Positions 50,301 to 59,700 of a stretch of DNA of 64,000 bases are shown here, in pieces. A model generated the notes under the pieces. The model had not been told where the DNA came from and did no database searches. It worked only from the letters and a program-made list of their open reading frames with translations. Origin of the DNA: Squalus acanthias (taxonomy: Eukaryota). A program made the position numbers and the translations under genes. The first letter of the stretch is position 1, and each line of letters begins with the position of its first letter. The stretch is from NCBI GenBank assembly GCA_030390025.1, contig JASTWF010000277.1, positions 558,001 through 622,000 on the forward strand, in the 5' to 3' direction.

Positions 50301-53300
50301 AAGGCGGACAAATCCCCAGGGCCTGATAACATGCATCCTAGGGTACTGAAGGAGGTGGCCCTAGAGATAGCGGATGCACTAAGTATGATTTTTCAGAATT
50401 CATTAGACTCGGGAACAGTGCCCATGGATTGGAGGGTAGCTAACGTTACCCCACTATTCAAAAAGGGGGGTAGGGAAAAAGCAGGTAATTACAGACCTGT
50501 AAGCCTTACATCAGTTGTGGGCAAAATGCTGGAGTCCATCATTAAGGATGAAATAGCGGAGCACTTAGCAAATGGGGACAGGATAGGACAGAGTCAACAT
50601 GGATTTACAAAGGGTAAATCGTGCTTGACTAATCTATTGGAATTTTTTGAGGGAGTAACTGGTAAAATAGATGGGAGAGAGCCAGTAGATGTGGTGTACC
50701 TGGACTTCCAAAAGGCCTTCGATAAGGTCCCACATAAAAGATTAGCATGGAAAAGTGAAGCTCATGGGATAAAGGGGAAAGTATTGACGTGGATAGAGAA
50801 CTGGCTGTCAGATAGAAAACAGAGAGTTGGAATAAACGGCTCATTTTCTGAATGGCAGGCAGTAACAAGTGGGGTACCACAGGGATCTGTCCTGGGTCCC
50901 CAGCTGTTCACAATTTACATTAATGACCTGGATCAGGGAGTCGGATGCAGCATTTCCAAATTTGCAGACGACACTAAACTAGGAGGGGGGGGTGGGCTCA
51001 GAGGAGGAGACCAGGAAGCTCCAGAGCGATTTGGACAGACTGGGTGATTGGGCGGATAAATGGCAGATGCACTATAATGTGGACAAGTGCGAAGTTATCC
51101 ACCTTGGGTGCAGGAACGGGAGGGCAAATTATTATTTAAATGGCAATAAATTGGGAGAGGGGGAAGTACAGAGAGACCTGGGTGTTCTTGTACACCAGTC
51201 ACTGAAGGCGAGCATGCAGGTGCAACAGGCGGTCAAGAAGGCAAACGGTATGCTGGCCTTCATAGCAAAAGGGTTGGAATACAGGAACAGGGATACCTTG
51301 CTGCAGCTGTACAGGGCACTGGTGAGACCACACCTCGAGTACTGTGTACAGTTTTGGTCGCCTCATCTGAGGAAAGATGTTCTTGCCATGGAGGGGGTGC
51401 AGCGGCGATTCACCAGGCTGATACCAGGAATGGCGGGATTGACCTATGAGGAGAGACTATGTAGTTTAGGGATGTACACACTGGAGTTTAGAAGATTGAG
51501 AGGGGACCTCATAGAAGTGTATAAAATTCTGACAGGTCTAGACAGACTAGATGCAGAAGGAATGTTTCCCTTGGCGGGTGAGAACAGAACTAGAGGACAT
51601 AATTTAAGGATAAGGGCTAAACCATTTAGGACAGAAATGAGGGGGAATTTCTTCACTCATAGGGTGGTGAACCTGTGGAACTCATTGCCACAGAGGGCAG
51701 TGTACGCCAGCTCATTAAATATATTTAAGAGGGAATTAGATATATTTCTACAGGCAAAAGGGGTTAAGGGTTACGGAGAGAAGGCGGGGACGGGATACTG
51801 AATTGGAGGATCAGCCATGATCTCATTAAATGGCGGAGCAGGCTCGAAGGGCCGGATGGCCTACTCCTGCTCCTATCTTCTATGTAATCTATGTAATCTA
51901 GTGGGGGATTTGTTGTACAGTGGGTTAACAATTGTTCTTTGCTCTCTCTCTGATGTGGAAGTGGGGGTACAGTGGGTTAACAATTGCTCTTTCCCCTATC
52001 TCTGGTGGGGGTGTGTGGTACAGTGGGTTAACAATTGCCCTTTCCCCTATCTCTGGTTGGGCAGTGGGGGTGCATCGGGTTAACAATTGCCCTTTCCTCT
52101 CTCTCTAGTGGGGGATTTGTTGTACAGTGGGTTAACAATTGTTCTTTGCTCTCTCCCTGGTGTGGAAGTGGGGTTACAGTGGGTTAACAATTGCTCTTTC
52201 CCCTATCTCTGGTGGGGGTGTGTGGTACAGTGGGTTAACAATTGCCCTTTCCCCTCTCTGTGGTTGGGGTGTGGGGTACAGTGGGTTAACAATTGCTCTT
52301 TCCCCTATCTCTGGTGGGGGTGTGTGGTACAGTGGGTTAACAATTGCCCTTTCCCCTATCTCTGGTGGGGGTGTGTGGTACAGTGGGTTAACAATTGCCC
52401 ATTCCTCTCTCTCTGGTGGGGAGTGGGAGTACAGTGTGTTAACACTTGCTCGCTCCTCTCTTTCTGCTGTGGGTGTGGGGGATCAGTGGGTTAACAATTG
52501 CCCGTTCCTCTCTCTTGTGGGGGAGTGGGGGTACAATTGGTTAACAAATGTCCTTTCCCCTCTATCTTGTTGGGGAGTGGGGGTACAGTGAGTTAACAAT
52601 TGCCCTGCTCCCTCTTACTGGTGGGGGAGTGTGGATACAATGGGTTAACAATAGCCCTTACTCATCTCTCTGGTGGGGAGTCGGGGTTCAGTCGGTTAAC
52701 ATTTGCCCTTTCCTCTTTCTGTTGGGGAGTGGCGTACAGTGATTTAACAATTGCCCTTTCCTCTCTCTCTGGTCGGGGAGTGGGGGTACAGTTGGTTAAC
52801 AATTGCCCTTTCCCCTCTCTCTGGTGGGGGAGTGGGAGTGCATTGTGTTAACAAATGCCCTTTCCCCTCTATCTGGTGGGGGAGTGGGGTTACAGTGAGT
52901 TAACAATTGCCCATTCCCCTCTCTGGTGGGGGTGTGGGGGTACATTGTGTTAACAATTGCCCTTCCCTCTCTCTCTGATGGCGGAGTGGGGGTACAGTGT
53001 TTTAACAATGGCCCTTTCCTCTCTCTCTGGTGGGGGAGTGGGGGTACAGTGGATTAACAATTGCCCTTTCCCCTCTCTCTGGTGGGGGAGTGGGAGGTAC
53101 AGTTGGTTAACAAGTCCTTTCCCCTTTCTCTGGTGGGGGAGTGGGGGTACAGTGGGCTAACAATTACCCTTTCCCCTCTCTCTGGTGGGGGAGTGGTGGT
53201 ACAGTGGGTTAACAATGGTCCTTTCCCCTCTCTCTGATGGCGTATTTGGGGTACAGTGGGTTAAGAGTTGCCGTTTCCCCTCTCTCTGGTGGGGGAGTGG

Positions 53301-54635
53301 GGGTACAGTGGATTAACAATTGCCCTTTCCCCTCTCGCGGATGGGGGAGTGGGGGGTACAGTGGGTTAACAATTGCCCTTCCCCTCTCTCTGGTTGGAGA
53401 GTGGTGGTACAGTGGGTTAACAATTGCCCTTTCCACTCTCTCTGATGGGGGACTGGGGGTAAAGTGTGTTAACAATTGCCCTTTCCCCTCTCTCTGAAGG
53501 GGGACTGGGGGTAAAGTGTGTTAATAATTGCCCTCCCCCTCTCTCTGGTGGGAGAGTGGGGTTACAGTGTGTTAACAATGGTCCTTTCCCCTCTCTCTGA
53601 TGGGGGAGTGGGGGTACAGTGGGTTAACAATTGCCCTTTCCCCTCTCTCAGATGGTGGGTGGTGGTACAGTGAGTGAACTATTGCTCTTTTCTCTCTCTC
53701 TGGTGGGGAGTGGGGGTACAGTGAGTTAACAATTGCCCTTTCCCCTCTCTCTGGTTTTGGAGAGGGGTACAGTGAGTTAACTATTGCTCTTTTCTCTCTC
53801 TCTGGTGGGGAGTGGTGGTACAGTGTGTTAACAATTGTCCTTTCCCCTCTCTCTGGCGGGGGAGTGTGTGTACAGTGAGTTAACAATGGCCCTTTCCCCT
53901 CTCTCTGGTGGGGGAGTGGGGATACAGTGGGTTAACAATTGCCCTTTCCCCTCTCTCGGGTGGGGGAGTGTGGGTACAGTGGGTTAACAATTGCCCTTTC
54001 CCCTCTCTCTGATGGGGGAGTGTGGGTACAGTGTGTTAACAATGGCCCTTTCCCCTCTCTCTGGTGGTGAGTGGGGGTACAGTGGGTTAACAATTGCCCT
54101 TTCCCCCCTCTCGGGTGGGGGAGTGTGGGTACAGTGGGTTAACAATTGCCCTTTCCCCTCTCTCTGATGGGGGAGTGTGGGTACAGTGTGTTAACAATGG
54201 CCCTTTCCCCTCTCTCTGGTGGTGAGTGGGGTTACAGTGGGTTAACAATTGCCCTTTCCCCTCTCTCTGGTGGTGAGTGGGGTTACAGTGGGTTAACAAT
54301 TGCCCTTTCCCCTCTCTCTGGTGGGGAGTGGGTGTACAGTGAGTGAACTATTGCTCTTTTCTCTCTCTCTGGTGGGGAGTGGGGGTACAGTGAGTTAACA
54401 ATTGCCCTTCCCCCTCTCTCTGGTGGGGAGTGGGGGTACAGTGAGTTAACAATTGCCCTTTCCCCTCTCTCTGGTTTTTGAGAGGGGTACAGTGAGTTAA
54501 CTATTGCTCTTTTCTCTCTCTCTGGTGGGGAGTGGGGGTACAGTGAGTTAACAATTGCCCTTTCCCCTCTCTCTGGTTTTGGAGAGGGGTAAAGTGAGTT
54601 AACTATTGCTCTTTTCTCTCTCTCTGGTGGGGAGT
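44335..54635. repeat. 52-bp satellite (TACAGTGGGTTAACAATTGCCCTTTCCCCTCTCTCTGGTGGGGGAGTGGGGG)n, ~8 kb, interrupted by a CR1
   Basis: Direct reading of the unit; internal higher-order duplication with 1647-bp offset (~45770-46500 vs ~47480-48150). Confidence 0.95.
49678..51900 (+). mobile_element. Young 5'-truncated CR1, near-identical to the copy at 38091-40252, with frameshifts
   Basis: ORF pieces 49657-50226, 50232-51047 and 50992-51801 match the 670-aa ORF almost residue for residue; TCTAGT on both sides is a probable TSD. Confidence 0.95.
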
Positions 54636-55099
54636 ACTTTTCGTGTTCGTGTGTGGCCCTCACTTCAGTTACCAGTGGCTGAGAAAGAAATGTGCTTTCC
54701 GCTGAAATTGATGAAGGAATTATTTTCTCCTCTGCACCCTGTTCAGTTTCCAGCCCGCAGCTGAGGAATATGCAATCCTTCTCTCTGAGTGCTTGGAGAG
54801 TTGAATTTACAGCACAGAAACAGGCCTTTCGGTCCAACAGCTCTGTGCCGAAGTTTTTCCGCCACAGGAGACACCTCCCACCTTACTTCAGCTTACCCCA
54901 ATAATATATCCTTCTATTCTTTTTTCCCTCATGAACTTATCTCGCTTCCCCTTAAATGCATGTTCTCGGGTCCCAGAATATTTCGTCAGTGGAATAACCA
55001 ATCTGAATTATCAGAGTAGTCCATTATAGCACTTGGCCCTTACACAAACATTGGAAATAGACACAGTGTTTCACTTATTGCTACAATCTCACCGCTCAC

Positions 55100-55408
55100 C
55101 TGTTTCCTTCTGGATGGAATCTCTTATCGCACTCGGAATATCCTGATGGCTCACCACGCAGTAGAACTCATCCCCACTCAGCCAGGCTTGTGTCGAGATG
55201 TTGATGTTGCTGATCACGCTGTTGGGATCCTCTCCGGGTTGAACGGCACTGTCTCATTTCAGAATCTCCTTTTCTCGGGTCCAGGTCACGGTGACTCCAT
55301 CAGGAGCCTTGGACACGACGCAGGTTAAGGTCACCGTCGCCTCCAGTAAGACCTGTTCTAATGACGGTTGCCGAAGTGTAATCACTGGACCGTTGCTTGA
55401 GGAAGGAT
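55100..55408 (-). pseudogene. IGHM: IgM heavy chain Cmu3 exon with in-frame stop
   Basis: ttcacag acceptor and G|GTGAG donor, 309 bp; [102 protein letters not shown] resembles shark Cmu3; TGA at 55254-55256. Confidence 0.92.
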
Positions 55409-56094
55409 CTGTGAAACAGAAATGAAAGTCAAGCAATGCCTCATCTTCAGAATCCGGACACCAGTATTCAGCCATTACTGTCTCAAAGCTACTAAATCTC
55501 CTTTGAGATATCAACATCTCGCTGTAGCTTAAGCACCATCGTTAATAGAAGGACAATGAATTGGCAACGATTCCGGGAGACTCTTTAACATTTCCTGTTC
55601 TTTTGCACCCAGAACTTCCTGTAATGGGCTGTGAAGCAAATACCCGGCGTTAAACAATGAATAAATTCGGGCGCAATTGTTTTACGCACAGAATAGCGCT
55701 CTTCCCGAAATCTCTTGCTCCTTTACGCTCGTTTATAGATCCTGGTGCCCGAATACATCTCCGCTCATTATAATGGCCCCGCCCCCAGGTCAAGAGCTCT
55801 ACACGAAAATCACACTGGTTCAAAACGAGTGCCAACAAAATTCAGGATTTTAGGTGCAACAGGAAAAACGTGATTTTTTTGGTCTCTTGTTGCGATTTTT
55901 GGGGCGATGAAAATGTGCAAGAAATAGTCAGAGAAGAAGTGAAAGGTCGGGTGATTGGAATTCTGAAGGGGTCTTTTTCGTGGGGAATAATTTGTAATGC
56001 CGGTGTGAGGTAGTTTCTTAATTTCTGTCATAGTGAGCATTTCTCATGCCTGGTGAGAGATAGTCGGAATGAAATATGACCTCAGGGCAGCAAT

Positions 56095-56600
56095 AGCAAC
56101 ACAGGAACAGGAGGGGGCCATTAAACCCATCCAGCCTGTCCCGGCATTCAAGAGATCATGGCTGATCTGGAGCTCAAAACCATCTACCTGCATTGTTTCT
56201 GTAACCCTTGATACTCTTGCCTAACAAAAATCTGCAATCTCAGTTTTGACATTTTCAATTGACGCCCATCTTCAACAGCTTTTTGAGAGTTCCAGATTCC
56301 CACAGTCCTTTGCACAAAGAAGTGGTGCCTGACATCACCCCTGAACGGCCTAGCTCTGATTTTAAGGTTATTCCCGCTTGTTCTGGACTCCCCAGCAGAG
56401 GAAATACTTTAACTCTATCTAACTACTGATTACAAAAATTATCTTAATTAGTTCACCCCTTAATCTTCTATACTCAAAGCTATACAAGCCTATTCAGTGC
56501 AACCTGTCCTCATAATTTAAACTTTTAACCCCGTATCGTTCTGGGTAAATCTGCACTGAACCCGCTCCAAGAGCCCAGAATTGAACGCAGTTCTCTAAAT
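56095..56600 (-). mobile_element. Old CR1 3' fragment in the Cmu2-Cmu3 intron
   Basis: ggccatt...gatcatggctgatctg CR1 tail motif. Confidence 0.75.
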
Positions 56601-56799
56601 AGGGTAGATGTCCTTTCTAGCAGTGGGTACATGGACAGTTACCAGTAAAGGCCTCCAGACACCTACTGCCGCTCGGAAATGATCTGCCAACTCAGGGTAA
56701 ACCTGAGCCCAAGGACACCTCACTCACTGTCTGACATCATAGCAGAGGGAAACCTTCTTTGGCGAGGTTAATACATCCTGAACCGTGAGGAATCCTAAT

Positions 56800-57215
56800 T
56801 CAGAAGATGGTGGGTTCAAGTCCTCCTCCAGAAACTTGAACACAGAATGGAAGCTGACAGTCCCAATGCAGTACTGAAGGAGGGCGAGCCTGTCTTTCGG
56901 ATGAGGTGTTAAACCGAGGAACCGTCTGCCCTCTCAATTGGACTTAAGAGATCCCATGGCACCATTTCAAAGAAAAGCAGGGAGTTCTCCCGGTGCCGTG
57001 GCAAATATTTACTCCTCAACAAATATCACTAAACAAAAAAAAATCTGGTCATTATCACATTGCTGTTTATGGGAGCTTGCTGTGCACAAATTGTCTGCCG
57101 CTTTTTGAACATTACAAAAGTGGCCACATTTCAAACGTATTTCATTGTCTGTCAAGCGGTTTGGGACAGTCTGAGGCCCCAAAAGGCGCTGTATAAAGCC
57201 AATTTTTTATTTTCT
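56800..57215 (+). mobile_element. tRNA-derived Deu-domain SINE (SacSINE1-like)
   Basis: Pol III B box GGTTCAAGTCC, Deu-like core (gtctttcggatgag...gatcccatggcac) and aaaggcgctgtataaa tail. Confidence 0.8.
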
Positions 57216-57515
57216 TTTACTTCGGAAGGACACACAAACTGCCTGATTGTACATTAGAAACAGAGCTAACTCAGGATAAACCTGAGACCAAGGACACCTC
57301 ACTCACTGTCTGACATTACAGCTGAGGGAATCCTTCTTTACAGGCGAAGTTTTGGAATTCTGAACCGTGAGGAATCCCACTTACATGGGAAGAAAACACC
57401 AAACTGCTTGATTGTAAATTAGACAGTGTGCTGTGCTTTGGACTTATTCCAATAAAATCCTGACTCAGATCGGCACTCGACACGGTCTGGAACTTCCAGG
57501 GTCTGTGTCTCTTAC

Positions 57516-57824
57516 CCTGAGAGCTGACGATGTTTCAGCTTTGGGTGACCCCATCATGAGTGACCTGGCAGGTGTAGACCGAGCCGGTGAACCAATCCCC
57601 GGCGGGCACTGTCAGCAGACTGATCGCCGAGAAGATCCCGTTCACTTCAGAGACGGGAGAGGTGACGAAGCCCGAATGCATGAGTTGTCCATTCTTCAGC
57701 CAATTCACGGTCAGTGACTCTGGACGGAAATCCATGATTGAACACACGACGGTTGCATATTTGCTGCTGGTGATTTGGTCCCTGGCACTCCCCGTGAGGA
57801 TAACAGTTGGATGGATGGAGTCAT
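57516..57824 (-). pseudogene. IGHM: IgM heavy chain Cmu2 exon with in-frame stop
   Basis: ccctag acceptor and G|GTAAG donor, 309 bp; [102 protein letters not shown] is a C1-set Ig domain like shark Cmu2; TGA at 57535-57537. Confidence 0.92.
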
Positions 57825-57939
57825 CTAGGGAAGACATGTTATTGACATTCATTGCGAAATAAATGACTAAGAAATGCATAGTGTCCTTATATTTAAACAG
57901 GTCCTTTACTGACAGGCTCACACTAACCTGGCATTTCCA

Positions 57940-59215
57940 GAGACCAGAACACTGCACAGTATTCTAAGTGTGAAATGGAGACAAGGATTCTGCACAGTAT
58001 TCTAAGTATGATATGGAGACCAGGACTCTGCACAGTATTCTAAGTGTGATATGGAGACCACGACTCTGCACAGTATTCTAAGTGAGATATCGAGAGCAGG
58101 ACTCTGCACAGTATTCTAAGTGTGATTTGGAGACCAGGACTCTGCACAGTATTCTAAGTGTGATATGGAGACCAGGACTCTGCACAGTATTCTAAGTGTG
58201 ATATGGAGACCAGGACTCTGCACAGTATTCTAAGTGTGATTTAGACACTAGGACTCTGCACAGTATTCTAAGTGTGATATGGAGACCAGGATTCTGCACA
58301 GTATTCTAAGTGTGATATGGAGACCAGGACACTGCACAGTATTCACAGTGTGATATGGAGACCAGGGCTCTGCACAGTATTCGAAGTGTGATATGGAGAC
58401 TAGGACTCTGCACAGTATTCTAAGTGTGATATAGAGACCAGGACTCTGCACAGTATTCTAAGTGTGATATGGAGACAAGGATTCTGCACAGTATTCACAG
58501 TGTGATATGGAGACCAGGGCTCTGAGCAGTATTCTAAGTGTGATATGGAGACCAGGACTCTGCACAGTACTCTCAGTGTGATATAGAGACCAGGACTCTG
58601 CACAGTATTCGAAGTGTGATATGGAGACTAGGACTCTGCACAGTATTCTAAGTGTGATATAGAGACCAGGACTCTGCACAGTATTCACAGTGTGATATGG
58701 AGACCAGGGCTCTGAGCAGTATTCTAAGTGTGATATGGAGACCAGGATTCTGCACAGTATTCTAAGTGTGATATAGAGACCAGGACTCTGCACAGTATTC
58801 TAAGTGTGATATGTAGACCAGGGCTCTGCACAGTATTCGAAGTGTGATATGTAGACCAGGACTCTGCACAGTATTCGAAGTGTGATATGTAGACCAGGAC
58901 TCTGAACAGTATTCGAAGTGTGATATGTAGACCAGGACTCTGCACAGTATTCGAAGTGTGATGTGGAGACCAGGATCATGTACAGTATTCTAAGTGTGAT
59001 ATGGAGACCAGAACTGTGCACAGTAATCTAAGTTTGATATGGAGACCAGATTTGTGCTCAGTATTTTAAGTGTGATATGGAGACAATAACTTTGCACAGT
59101 AATCTAAGTGTGATATGGAGACCAGATCTGTGCACAGTACTCTAAGTGTGACATGGAGACCTGAACTGTGCACAGTACACCAAGTGTGATATGGAGTCGA
59201 GGACTGTGCACTGTA
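57940..59215. repeat. 38-bp minisatellite (CTGCACAGTATTCTAAGTGTGATATGGAGACCAGGACT)n, ~33 units, CR1-derived
   Basis: The minus strand encodes HLEYCAESWSPY, compared with HLEYCVQFWSP in the CR1 ORF2s of this window. Confidence 0.9.
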
Positions 59216-59222
59216 CACTAAA

Positions 59223-59700
59223 GCCCAGAAATTTGGGTCCCCACGGGTGAGTACACGCTGTGTACTCACCCGTAGGGGCACCGGAAGTGCCGGTTTCGCG
59301 CATGCACTGCGCATGCACGGGAAACCGGAACTTCCGGTCTTGTGAAGGAAGTGGTTCGCGGGTCAACCGCGTGGGCCGGGAGAGGCAGCGCGAACGTAGC
59401 GAACACTCGGCTTTTTTTTACAGGTTTCTCCCTGCGGGTAGGTCCCTGGCAGCTGCGCGGCAAAAAGCAGGCGCAAGGCCTGCTTTTAACAAGATAAGTG
59501 GTGAATTAAGTAAAATTAAAACATTTTTTCCACAGATTTATTATTTTTAAATACTTTAAAGAAAGCTAAGTTTATTTTTAGCCACGTTAAAAACTGTAAT
59601 TATTTTTTTGAAATGTTCAAATTATTGTTTAAAATAGTGATTTTATAGAATTTATAGTTATTTTAAAAATATGATTTTTGTTGAAATGAACTTAATGAAT
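59223..59700. mobile_element. Probable MITE/DNA-transposon end with two hairpins
   Basis: Starts GCCCAGAAATTTGGG; perfect 14-bp stem 59243-59256/59260-59273; second hairpin ~59280-59338; AT-rich interior. Confidence 0.5.

Noticed and set aside
57950-59200. CACAGTA/CACAGTG heptamer-like sites as recombination signal sequences, or a CRISPR-like array
   Set aside because: No ACAAAAACC nonamer at 12/23 bp, no unique spacers, eukaryotic DNA; explained as CR1-derived
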